DNA of 63,858 bases, filler included, from Reticulomyxa filosa (GCA_000512085.1; 16 parts of 16 records of this genome joined end to end with filler, not necessarily neighbours in it); one strand, 5' to 3'; counted from the whole stretch's first letter, positions 11,955 to 23,904 are shown. Notes: generated from the letters alone by a model not told the origin. Numbers and translations: made by a program.

Positions 11955-14099
11955 TTGTTTTGTCTTAGATGATATTATGACGCAAGATTTAAACTTGGAA
12001 CTTTTTTCTGTCATAAAGGGGCATGTCAAACTGCTTTTATATATGACCAAAATTTTTGCTATGCATATATTTTTGTGTTAAAATACAGAAACAAGTCACC
12101 GAAAACTGAAGTTAATTTTTTGGAATGATAATAAACATAATTCTATTTTTTGTATTGTATAGAAATATCATTTTACACAATCAGTGTTGTAAATTGTAAA
12201 TTTACCGATTATTTAGAAAGCCAAAGAAAGTACTTTGTTATCACATTACACACCTTTTCTGTATTTTGTTTATTGTTTTAATATTTTCAAAAGTTCAGTA
12301 AAAGGATAATTTCCCTTTTTTTCCGTCATGCACATTTTGCTTTATTTAATTTTAAGCAAAGAACATAAGTCTAGTATTCATGTTCCATTATTTAAAATAG
12401 TTAGTAAGAAAGCGAACATATTGTATTTGGAGATAATATATATGTAAATTGGTAAAATGGACTATAGAAGTTTGCAAATTGTATAAAAACTTACAAAATT
12501 TAGTTGTAAAAAGAAAAAAAATGACTCGTATGGGATATACTTCAAAAATTTTGTACTTAATTTATGTTTTTTAAATACAAAAATTGGAAAGAAGTGGGAA
12601 AAATTCAGCTGATCATAATGCCTGCCTTGTGGAAGAGTTTTATGGAACTCAACGGTTACAGGTTGCAGAAGGAATAATTGTGAAAAAAACAAAAAAGACG
12701 TTTAAAAAATAATTTTACAACAAAAAATTTTTCATCCAATATCAATTATCTCATTTCTTTAAATTAATCTTCATATTTGCACAATGTGATTTTATTGACT
12801 TTATAATTAAACTGTAAATTATTTAATTCAATAACATCAATATTTGTTGCCATGCTAATAACCTAAAAGTTTCAAAGTGTGGATATAACGAGACAAAAGC
12901 CAATTAATTGTCTAAAAGTGTATTCTTTCACATTATCAAAGAGTCAATGTTATAATCATGTTCAAAGATAAGAATCTTGCAAATATTGAATTACTTTTAG
13001 TAAAAAAAAGGGGCTTCTTGTTCTTTCGTTAAATTTTTGGGATGAAGCGTTCATTTCAAACTGTGATATCTCAAAAAAATTATTTTTTACTTCATTTGAA
13101 ATAACTTTGTTTCAATGAAAGAAGATTTGCAATTAAGTATTACAACTTTTATTTCGTCCAAAGGAAAAAAACAAGTAAAAATTATATCAAATTTTGTTAT
13201 TTTTTTTTAGCAAATTACAAATCAAAATTAACAACAGTAATTAAAAAATTTAAAACAGCTCCAAATAATAAATTTGAAATATTGCAGCTGAGCGAATGTA
13301 AATTGAAACACAAATTACAAATGATGACAATAAAATCAGCTTAAAATTGTTTAATTCCATTTCAACAACAGTAATACTTAAAAAACAAAAAAATGGATAA
13401 ATAAAATAAAAAGTATAATGGAAAAAATTACACTTCTTCTTTTAACACCACAATAATATGCATTTCTTCTTAAGGTAAATACTGCTCTTAAAAAATTCAT
13501 AAGCAACCAAATTTCAAATTATATTTCTGTTAAAAACTTTTCACATTGATTTAAAGAGTAGCATAAATATGACAATAATTGTTTGATAATTCTTTTAAAG
13601 TTATTTGTTTAACATTTAGAAACTTTTGTTAATTTAATAATTCTGTATTGGAACCAAACAGGTAGATATTGCTCAAATAAAAAATTAGTACAATTGAATA
13701 TTATGAATAACCGTTAATCAGACAATTCAATACTTTGCATTACGTAATGTTGGTTGTTCATAGCATGTTAATTTTTTATTTTATTGATATGAAGAAAAGT
13801 GTATTAATTATGACATATTTATGTTTTTCTCTTCCAATATTTGAAAAGGATAATTTAAACCGATACTCCAAAATACATTTTTTTATATTGTGCATCATTT
13901 ATACCTTGACAAAGCAAATAAGAGATTTGTTAAAAAATAATGCCTTGGTTCAAGAATGAGCACATACATGACACGTTTTTTTACAAATTATTTTTCCTTT
14001 TAAGAATATTATTAAAAGAAAAGGAATTTATGACTTTGATGAAATAATTTCTGAAAATGTTATTTAACAATATAATATTGAACTTAGTCTAAAGCATTT

Positions 14100-14590
14100 A
14101 AAGAAACGAAAATCTGCAATTACATAATGAAAGAATGCATGTTGATTATAACACAGAGTTGATAAATTTTCATTTGACATTTCATGAGCATATTTATTAT
14201 ATCAAATAATTATTCAAAATTGAGTTCGAAGATTGATGATAAGATTAATACAATGATCAAGTATAATATACAAAAAGAGGAAATTTCAGATAGACATTAC
14301 ATGATCTTCATGTAATGATTGATGTTTACAATGTTAAGCCAAATTTAATTACTTGTAATTCTTTGCTATTTGTATGTGCAAACATGAAAATGATTTTGAC
14401 GCTGACAATCAATTCAATGTTAAATATGTACATAAAATGTGAAAATAGTTTATTCCAATTGATAAAATAACGTGCAAAATGATTATGATGATATATTTTG
14501 AAAATAAAGATATTGAAAAAATATTATTACAAGAATCCATTTACATCTATTCATTACGTTGTTGTTGGACATATAACATTTTAATTTCAC
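14100..14590 (+). pseudogene. Decayed pentatricopeptide-repeat (PPR) gene
   Basis: From 14294: TLHDLHVMIDVYNVKPNLITCNSLLFVCANM, later IDKITCKMIMMIYFENKDIEK. Both fit the PPR pattern (M....KP...T.N.LL..C); surrounded by stops. Confidence 0.55.
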
Positions 14591-14969
14591 TTGTTGTGAT
14601 CTAATAATTGACAATGCATTTTCATAACATTTTTAATATTTTTTCTTGAAATTGATCATTTTTATTAAAATAATTAATATATGAAATTCTCTTTTAATGA
14701 TCCAGTCTCAATTTATCCAATTGAATTTTCAAATTGTAATACAAAATAGGGTCCCAATACATTTAAATATGCTATTGTCGAGATATTTATTATTTGATTT
14801 TGCTAATTGATACAATAATTCATTGTTAATCATTTCATTTATCATTTTTATCTAATTCAATTATTTTAANNNNNNNNNNNNNNNNNNNNNNNNNNNNNNN
14901 NNNNNNNNNNNNNTTAATTAATTAANNNNNNNNNNNNNNNNNNNNNNNNNNNNNNNNNNNNNNNNNNNN

Positions 14970-16337
14970 TTTTTTTTTTTTTTTGTTGTTGAGAGCAGCA
15001 AAAAAAAGCTTGGTTTTTGTAAAGTGGTTTAAGAAGGAGGAAAATAAAGGGATTACATTTGAACCGACGACAATACCTTTAAAAAATTGCATCAAAGTAT
15101 TACAGTCGACATCCGGTAGTCCCGTGAACAAAGCGCAGAATAATGACCCAAAGGAGGAGAGGGAGGGGGAGGAGGAGGAGGACTTGGTTATTGGCTCTCT
15201 CTGACACAAATCGTCACTGCAATGACTGGAAAACACAAGATTTGGCTTATGCAATACGCCTACAAACGAAGGTGAGCGATTGTCATGTATTGTTTGCGAG
15301 CCATTGAGATCTACCAATGCCGATCTCAATTCCGATCGCAAAAATATTTGGACCGTCGGACACAACGACATCTCATAGTCATTGCTTTTGAACAATTCCA
15401 CATATCTTCGTCCAATGTGGTGTCGGTCTAAACTTAATGCTTTACTACTCACAAATAATTTTCAGCGAAAGAGAGGGGAGGGGGGGGGAGAGAAAAAAAA
15501 CTTTTTTTTTAAATTTGCAGGAAGGAGAAAAAAATGCACCCTCCTGTCCCCCCTCTCCCTTCTTCATTTTTGCTCTCCCCCCCCTTTGGGATCAATAACG
15601 ATAAAAAAAAAAAAAAGGTTAACTTTCTTTCTTCATGGGTCTTGAACACGACAAACGCGTTCCCATTCAATCGGTGAAATTCATCATATGTTAAGCATAT
15701 TTGCACTGATCGCAGAAAAACAAAACAAACAAATACAAATACAAATACAAATACAAATAATAAAAAATTACAAATTTTGTCGTTGTTGTTGTTTTTATTA
15801 TTATTAACATGGCTCAATGACGGGGTCTTTTTGTTTGAAAAAACGAATGATATCGATCGCGGTGACATCAAATGGAAGCCCTTTCACTTTTAACACATAT
15901 CTGCACTTTGTGCGTGCAGAAGGACTAGGAAGTTGTCCTTGATAGCTTACTACATAATTGTTATTGTTGCAATTGTTTTCCTTCCGGGTATCTATCACTG
16001 CAATCGGTAGCACTACATCACCTATGCGAAAACTTCCGATATTAGCCGGGATACCACCGAAATATTTCCACGTGTCTTGTTGTGATGCCACTCTCACGTC
16101 AATGTAACGTTGTCCTATGTACTGTTTGTCTTTTTTTAAACCTTTCAACAAATCTGCTTCGCTTGCGAATCTCACTAATGCATGCCCGCTATTCTTTCCG
16201 TTTTTGTCTATCATTATTTCTATTCCTGCTACTTTAATGTCACGAAAAAATTCTATTATGTCTGCTTTGCTACAGGTAAAAGGTATTCCTGTTAAACGTA
16301 CTACATATATCGCTCTGGATTGTACACCTACTGACAT
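14970..16337 (-). CDS. hnRNP F/H / ESRP-like quasi-RRM protein (multi-exon, 3' truncated)
   Basis: YVVRLTGIPFTCSKADIIEFF...YIGQRYIDV; VLKVKGLPFDVTAIDIIRFF...GNAFVVF...HHIGRRYVELF. Intron 15623-15445 rebuilds HEERNKAL. Confidence 0.88.
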
Positions 16338-16566
16338 TTTGAACAAGTTTAAGGATTTGTGGCTTTGCTATAGTACGTAAAAAAAAAACTTTGTCTTACC
16401 TGAAAATCAATAAACTTTAAAAAGATTGTAATACCAACAAAACCACAACAAAAGTACAAGCGCATTGAATTTAAAGTTGGTATTTAAAAAAAAAAAAAAA
16501 ATCCAATTTAAAAAGTTTAAAATTAATAAAGGAATGGAAAAAAAATTGAAGAAAATATTTATTTTT

Positions 16567-17784
16567 TTATGTTGAATGTTTGAAGTTTTTGTGTTGCAGT
16601 AAATCCCGTGTAGCGACAAATTCTTGACCACAAACATCACAGATAACACGGGATGTGATAGGAGTTGGACTCAAGTATTGTTTATGTTCTTCCTGATCCG
16701 AAAAAAGTGCATCACACAATTCGCAAAAATAGTGAGTAGATGACGAATCGGAACTGTGTTGAATTATATTGCGTTGTGCAAAGAAATCATTTTCCTTCCA
16801 ATCTGGTTTAACATTTAAATGTTGGCCCGAATGGACTGAGATGTAATGCTTTGTCATTGCATCGTGATTATGGAATGTTGCTTTACAAAGGGAACATGAA
16901 AAAGATTCATTTGTTTTTTGGTCAGTTGCGACTGCGCCGTGTTTATGTTTGAAATGAGTGTCTAAGCTTCGCTGTTCTGTAAATGTTTGGTCACAACAGT
17001 GACACTTAAGAACAGTACTTTCTTTTTTAGGGGTTTGACTTTGCAAAATTTTTTGTTGCGTTTGTTGCAAGACTTGTTGAGCAAATGTTGTAGACATGCG
17101 ATTTTTGAAGTGAACAAAGACATGAGTTAAACTCTCAAAGGCTACATTGCGAAAAGACTTTCCACTTTGGTGTCTTCGACACGTATACCCTGGCCAAAAG
17201 GTATCCAAAAAAGAGAAACTTCCCAAGTATCGAAGATCTGTTTTTAACATGGACGTGTTGCTTGCGGTTTGTAGAATTTGCCATTGTTCCAACTGTTCTT
17301 TTACTAATGTTATCCATATTTGTCCACCGCTTTTTTCCGTACATTGCAAACTGCTATACAATATGTGCATGCATAACCCACCATTGCGTTTCTTGTTTTC
17401 AACCCCTAAGTGAGGGTTGTTGAAGATTATCAGGTCCCACTTTTCATTCTTATGCGTCTCGTGGATTGTTGTCGCGTCTACCCCGTATTGGATTTCGGCC
17501 AACTTCACTCGCTTACTTTTCACCTTTGACAATTGCTTGCACGTCGTTTCGAAATTTGAATACTTTGATAGCACTTCCTCTTTCGTGTCGAAACAGGTTG
17601 GAGTTATCTCTACACTCACCTCGTCTTCTGATGCCCACCACGAGGCCAGCAGTGGCAGGTCAGACCGTCGCTTTGATATTTTATTATATAAGGCCAGGGT
17701 AAATGTAAAATCTCCATCTCCCAATAGTAACACTTTTTTCGATGATGATTCTATTGGTGTCGTTTTCTCTGTTGCTGTGGACAT
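16567..17784 (-). CDS. BMT5: BMT5/DUF2431-like rRNA uracil-N3 methyltransferase domain plus C-terminal C2H2 zinc fingers
   Basis: VLLLGDGDFTFTLAL, YGVDAT and DLIIFNNPHLG motifs; three complete CxxC-x12-H-x4-H fingers and one degenerate finger. Confidence 0.8.
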   Translation of the reverse strand: MSTATEKTTPIESSSKKVLLLGDGDFTFTLALYNKISKRRSDLPLLASWWASEDEVSVEITPTCFDTKEEVLSKYSNFETTCKQLSKVKSKRVKLAEIQYGVDATTIHETHKNEKWDLIIFNNPHLGVENKKRNGGLCMHILYSSLQCTEKSGGQIWITLVKEQLEQWQILQTASNTSMLKTDLRYLGSFSFLDTFWPGYTCRRHQSGKSFRNVAFESLTHVFVHFKNRMSTTFAQQVLQQTQQKILQSQTPKKESTVLKCHCCDQTFTEQRSLDTHFKHKHGAVATDQKTNESFSCSLCKATFHNHDAMTKHYISVHSGQHLNVKPDWKENDFFAQRNIIQHSSDSSSTHYFCELCDALFSDQEEHKQYLSPTPITSRVICDVCGQEFVATRDLLQHKNFKHST

Positions 17785-18060
17785 GACGAAGCACTGAATT
17801 TTTGTACTTCAACTTTTCCAAAATAAAAGCACTTGGCGACGCTGTGTCAAAAAGTTTGCAATGGGCTCAACAAAGAAGAGTTCGTTATTACCTACTAGAA
17901 ATGTTTATTGATAGTTTTTGTAAACAACCTTTTGGTATTTGATATTGACAAACACTCGAAGCAAGAGTGGTAGACACAAACAGATTTTGAAAGTGGAACC
18001 AGCTCACAAATAAAACAAAGTTTTTGTGTTCTTTACTTTAAGTTTTCTTAAGCTTGTTTT

Positions 18061-18546
18061 TTAATTAATTTTGATGGGAAATTGCAGTCGATAGACATAG
18101 AAGACAGATACAATGACTGACAAAAGTGCAATCAGTCCTGGTGGCATAAATTTCCCACTTTTCAAGAACCTTCGTCCCATAACCAAAGTCAGAACAACAG
18201 ATATCACAAGACAACCTAAGATTTCGTTGACATCACTTTGTTTTGCGTTGTATCGGTTGAGCGCCTGTTGCAACAAAAGTTTAGAGGAAATAAAATAAAA
18301 TAAAATTAAAGGAAATGTTTTTCTTCGTTGTATGTGCAGAGTGTCAACAAAGCTTTTTCATCCAATAAAAAAACATTTTGAAAAGTAAACAGCAGTCGTA
18401 ACAGAATAGCCAAGCGCTACTGTAAGACCACCAAAGAGCAAGCCCATCAGCAGTGACATTGTACTTCCTTTGCGTATATAACCCACCAAACCGCCTATTG
18501 ATAGTAACAGGCCATAAGGTATGGAGAGACAAAATGAATAAGTCAT
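18061..18546 (-). CDS. TMEM14: TMEM14-family small membrane protein (2 exons)
   Basis: YGLLLSIGGLVGYIRKGSTMSLLMGLLFG and MGRRFLKSGKFMPPGL are family signatures. Confidence 0.9.
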
Positions 18547-19218
18547 TGTCGTTATGGAAAAATGAGAAAAATGAAGTTCCCTTGCACTCGTAGTTAGGAA
18601 GGAAAACAAGCAAGTTTGAGTTGAAGACTGTTTTGAAAGCAACAATTCACTTTTGTTGGGTTCTAGTTTTGTTAGTTTCGCAAATTCATTCTAACAAAAT
18701 ATTGAATGACCAATTCCTAATACGACCTGCATTTTTGAGAATTTGATTGTGCTTTGATTAATTTTAACTTAGAGCATACTTAGTGGATACAAATACTCTG
18801 TTCTTTTTGAAACAGGTAAGACAATTGCTGGAGCGGTTCAAATATACCCTCTCTCGTTTTATCTTCCGGTTGTATACTTTTTTGGTCAAAAGCTCTACAT
18901 TACTAAAATAGCGGCACTATTATCTCATGTCCTTGCAAAATCAAAATTGTATGATTTAGATGAGCTCAACATCAATGCAACGCTTATGATGTTTTTGTGG
19001 TGAATCGATAATGCGGGAAAAGGAAGTTGAAGTAAAGTTGATATGAAATCTACACATTTAATCTGACCAGAAAACAAATGTATAAATTTAAAAATAGAGC
19101 AACCAAAAAAAAAAAAAAAAGAAAACAAGTCTCAGTGTTCATGTTTGGCAAAACGTGGAACAAAAACAATACCGAAGAAGGAGAGAGAGGAAAGACACTA
19201 TATAATTATAAAAAAGGC

Positions 19219-19661
19219 TTATTTCATTAATTGGATTTTTTTGAAGCCAAACACCCACCATTTTTGAAAAAAATGTTTGGAATATTTGTATTCAATGATG
19301 CGCGCATATTTTGAGTTCAAGGCAGTGTCATTATCTTGTCTGAATTTGTCCATATTTTTGTGATGGCTTTTCCTCTGGTGTTCATTCATGGCAATGGGCA
19401 AGACAGTTTGGTTGACCAACTGGACAAAGTTACTATTATTGGACACGTCCAGTCCGAGATAAGTTAGCAAGTGAAGCATATGTACACAAGGATGTTTCAT
19501 GAACTCGTCAAAGTCAATAACCTTCAAAAGTCGGTTATCGTTAGTATTTAAAAAAAGTTCGATTTGCGTTTGCATTTCGGAGAGGATTTTGTCATATAAA
19601 AAAATTTTTTCTTGACATTGGCCAAAGCGTTTGCAAGTGCTTTCTAATGCATCTTTGATAT

Positions 19662-19665
<4 letters not shown>
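19219..19665 (-). CDS. C-terminal exon, possibly sulfotransferase-like
   Basis: LKVIDFDEFMKHPCVHMLHLLTYLGL resembles the sulfotransferase 'YE.L..DP...L..I..FLGL' motif; 5' truncated. Confidence 0.45.
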
Positions 19666-19697
<32 letters not shown>

Positions 19698-19797
19698 NNN
19701 NNNNNNNNNNNNNNNNNNNNNNNNNNNNNNNNNNNNNNNNNTTAATTAATTAANNNNNNNNNNNNNNNNNNNNNNNNNNNNNNNNNNNNNNNNNNNN

Positions 19798-20098
19798 AAA
19801 TACATTGGACAATCCTGAATTCAAAGATCAAATAGAAGAAAGTTATCGCTCAAAAATTGAAAAGGCATTTAAAGAAATTACAGAATGGGTTGATACACAC
19901 ACAAATGCTGAATTAGAAAATTTTGAGCAAAAGAGGATAGAATTAAAAAGATTATGGAAATCAATCATAATAAACATTAGTGGTAATAAAGGAGACGATA
20001 CCCTAGAGAAGTGCTTAACATTGGAAACTTTGCTGCCGATGGTAAGTCCAGTGGTAATGCCAGTAAGTACTGATGTTCTTATTGACGAGATCGATTAA
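19798..20098 (+). CDS. hsp70: Hsp70 C-terminal lid region (5' truncated), divergent tail ending IDEID
   Basis: KIEKAFKEITEWVDTHTNAELENFEQKRIEL matches the cytosolic Hsp70 lid; EEVD-like terminus. Confidence 0.8.
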
Positions 20099-20553
20099 TT
20101 TTAGTGTTATTTGTTAAAAAAATACTTCTTTTTTTCCAAGGAAATCTTTGCAAAAAAAAGGATGTTCTTTCCGTGTTTGTTTTTGAGTTTTGCATTACTT
20201 GGGATCATCGGTCAGACCTTAAGTTGTACGATCTCTTGCAACATTTCATAATTCTTTTGATTAAAATTGTTTTAAACAAAATGTTGTAATCATTTTTTAA
20301 TGTCACCAAGCACAAACTTTCAAAAAAAGAAAACGTGAGGAATTGGAAAATTTAAAAAGTTATAAAAAAAGATGGAAATAAATTTTAAAAATAAAAAATA
20401 TACGTTAATCTTTGTGATCGATGTTAGTTGTTAGTATTTATCACTTGGATCGGTGTAAGTGTAGTCTTTTTTAATTTCGCTAACAAAATCATTTTCCCCT
20501 TTTCTTATAACTTACTTTACCACTCCAGATTCTATACACCAGCAATAATAATA

Positions 20554-21206
20554 CAGTAGAATGCAAAGTAAAGCTTACACATAAAACGGCACTTTATAGA
20601 GATGATTGATTTTCTTCATGAAAAAACGACATCAAGTCCTTTTTTAAAAAATATCTACGAATAGTGTAGTTTTTAAATATCATTTTGGTTTTTTATTAAA
20701 TCTTTACTAATTGCTTCGATATTTTGTCATTTATTTTTATTTTCTTTTTTTTGTTCAATATAGAGCACCATTACCGAAAATGCAATCGTAAAAACATCAA
20801 AATTTAGTTGTAGAAGTATAATCGAGTAGTCTTGATTTGGAGTATTGTGACCTGGGTATATATGTAAAAGCGATGAAGATGTCAATGCAGACATATACAA
20901 AGAAATTATATTTGATGAAATGCTCAAAATCATTTTACTGTTTATAAGATAATGAAAATTATATATTTCAGCAAGATAATGAAACTAGAGGCAAAGCAAT
21001 TACAGTAAAAGAATATTTAAATAAAACGATATCAAAGTATTTGATTACACTACAAATTCTAAAGACATGAACAAAATCAACTTTGGAAATAATTTGAATT
21101 AGAATAAGAAAAAATTGATAAATAAACATTCACAAACTTAATAAAATCAATGTCAGTGCGAATACAAGCATTATACAATGAAAAAAGTGATGATAATTTT
21201 CACTAA
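20554..21206 (+). mobile_element. Decayed Tc1-type DNA transposon (left TIR plus transposase C-terminal half)
   Basis: TA|CAGTAGAATGCAAA end at 20554. Fragments VNADIYKEII, YIFQQDN...VKEYL...IKVFD...NSKDMN and NLIKSMSVRIQAL...* match Tc1 FQQDNA / WP..SPDLNPIE / SM..R..A motifs. Confidence 0.85.
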
Positions 21207-21364
21207 AAAAAATCTTACTACAAAAAAAATTTTAGTACTTAAGTTTTTGAATTGACTTGCTTGCATTGGACAAAAAAAAGCAAAAAAACCAAATGATGAG
21301 TGAAGACAAAGCAAAGATTAGTCAAAAACAATCTTGCCTTTACAATGTACAAACTTTGAAAATA

Positions 21365-21514
21365 CAGTAGATTGCAAAAAAAACTGCAATACCTAAATGG
21401 CACTATATGAAGAGAATCGATTTTCTCCATGAAAATAAAGATTTAAACCTAATTTTTTTTTAAATATCTGCTAATCTTGTAGTTTTTAAATATGAAATTG
21501 GTTTTATGATAAGT
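21365..21514 (+). mobile_element. Left end of a second copy of the same Tc1-type family (cut by contig end)
   Basis: TA|CAGTAGATTGCAAAAAAAACTGC..., alignable by eye with 20554-20700 over about 150 bp and with the inverted copy ending at 28539. Confidence 0.8.
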
Positions 21515-22079
21515 NNNNNNNNNNNNNNNNNNNNNNNNNNNNNNNNNNNNNNNNNNNNTTAATTAATTAANNNNNNNNNNNNNNNNNNNNNNNNNNNNNN
21601 NNNNNNNNNNNNNNAATAAAGAAGAAAATTATGATTGATGCTTTGTTGGAGGGTATTGCGTCTTGAAATTAACTTACACCTGCGTTGTGTATTTTACTTT
21701 TCCTCATTCTCTTCCGACACAGAGGATGTCAATCTTCCAATGCCTTGTGGAGTTATCATCAGTGCCTGGTCTTTTGCTGTAGTCGGTTGAATCAACATAA
21801 TCTGTATTGACACATTGTAGCTTTTATTTGCACATAGCTTAGACGAGCTTTAATTGATTGCACGAGATTTACGTGATGTCTATTGCTATTGTCGAGCTCA
21901 TATTCTTCTTTTTGAAAGCGCTTTTAGTTCAACAAGTCAATGAGAGTACATTTGTTGTTGTAGGTATTGGATTTAAATATATTTACAAAGTTATTAAACA
22001 TGGTAATGATAAAATATTATTAAATTACTTTAATTTCTTCGATTCTATTAATACAAAGATTCAACACAATTGATAATGG

Positions 22080-22420
22080 AATTTATTGTCTGGAAAACAT
22101 GTTCTGAAAATTTTTCAAGATATGCATATATAAGCTTTTCATTTGATAGCTCCACAATTGTATCTAATTCATATGCTATACAAATTCGACTATGGAATGC
22201 GTCATCTGGAAGAAATATTTTCTCCGGATTGTTACTACAATTGTGCCTTGTTTAGATGGATATATTGCCGGAAAACAAATCCAAAAATTAACTGGATATT
22301 CTGATGATATATATATGGAATAAAATTTTTATTGGATGATTTTAAAATTATTTCACATTCAAAAGATAAAACGATTCGAATAACGACACTTCTTCAGGGA
22401 AAAAAATTCAAGCATTAGAT
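22080..22420 (+). pseudogene. Decayed WD40-repeat gene
   Basis: SFSFDSSTIVSNSY...IRLWNASSGR, GKQIQKLTGYSD and DDFKIISHSKDKTIRI fragments in shifting frames. Confidence 0.75.
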
Positions 22421-22865
22421 AAAATGACAAATGAATATATGATATAATTTCATTTTTACAAACAATCAGATTAAATTTTTTAAATGAATTTACATAATCT
22501 TATTTTAGAATAATAACTGTATACATGTTCAATTTTTCAAAAAAAACTATGTTTGATTCAAAAGAAGATAGAGGATCCTTCATTTTTTATTTTCGGGAAA
22601 CATCATCCTATCTTCACACAAAGGTTTTTTTAAAGAAAATTTTTAATTTGCAATATACTCTGAAAAAAGGAATGAAATTTTATTATCACATTTTTTGTTT
22701 GTTGTTGATTTTTGAAATTATGCAATACATATTTAGTTGTATTTTATTATATATTCCTTTTTTTCTTCCAAGTCTATCGAATCAAAAACAGAAGGGTTAT
22801 TCCATTTTAATCTAACCCAAAAAAAACTAGATTAAAATTAAAATAAAGGTCTGTATATTTTAATC

Positions 22866-22970
22866 ATGCCTGAAGAAGAAAAGATTCAAGTAATCATACA
22901 ACATTGGATTCGAATACTAAACATTAAATTAGGATGGATCCAGGATTTTGACAGACTTGTTGTCAATTAT
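22866..22970 (+). CDS. Conserved module exon of another family member (truncated by contig end)
   Basis: MPEEEKIQVIIQHWIRILNIKLGWIQDFDRLVVNY followed by donor gttagt. Confidence 0.8.
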
Positions 22971-23145
22971 GTTAGTNNNNNNNNNNNNNNNNNNNNNNNN
23001 NNNNNNNNNNNNNNNNNNNNTTAATTAATTAANNNNNNNNNNNNNNNNNNNNNNNNNNNNNNNNNNNNNNNNNNNNTTGGAGATTGGGAAGAAACAGAAA
23101 CGAGGTGGTTATTACTCTTTTTTTTTTGTTTGTTTGCTAATTTAC

Positions 23146-23618
23146 CGTCAGCACAATCTTTGAACCAAAAAGGGGACCCATGAATTGTGGCTATCAGTGG
23201 CCACGTGTTTTCTTTTTGCGTGGTCACCGTGTTATTTCCATCTTGGGATTGTGCACACGACAGCACTTTCATCAATAAAATCGTTTCTTCTTCACTTATG
23301 TACTCCACATTTTTTCGCACGCGATGACCTTTTTTTGTTGTTAGCCTCCGTTGTCTTCAGATATTCTTGTTTTACCGCTTCAAGGAAAATTATAGAAACA
23401 ACTTAACTGAGTGCTGCTTCTTGCACTGAATACGGCGGGACGCCATTGTTGCAGTTATTGTACAACGGCAACGCGGTCCATGCATCAAAGTCGACTTGGG
23501 GAATTACGCATCCCATCATCCCAGTCCAGTAGGGACATGTGGTGTCATTCTCGCTCCCATTAACAAATTGCTTTGCAAAAGCCAGACATATCAACCATAA
23601 CAAATTTTTCCACTCCAT
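23146..23618 (-). CDS. Secreted tyrosinase/hemocyanin-like type-3 copper protein, 5' part
   Basis: Signal peptide MEWKNLLWLICLAFA. After an intron (~23407-23329): HRVRKNVEYISEEE..LLMKVL...WPLIATIHGSPFWFKDC, matching the tyrosinase N-terminal RK and 'IA..HG.P' (first CuA His) motifs. Confidence 0.7.
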
Positions 23619-23904
23619 TTGTTCTGCCACCAAAAGCAAACGTAGTTAGCTTTGAGGGTCTTTCTGTTTTAAAAAACTTTCACACTGCATGCATTTTTAA
23701 TCCTTGTTAACATATCCGCCTACTATTTGATTAGTCTAACTATTGTTTACATAGCTTCTTTCACATCTTTTCCCAATGTTTTCTAAAATAAAAGATCATT
23801 TGAAAAAACAACCCAAGAACGGACAAGGGGACCTGAGAAAATGATTAGATTTTTTTGAATCAATAACAGATTCAGAGTGGACACACATTATATATATAGC
23901 AATA

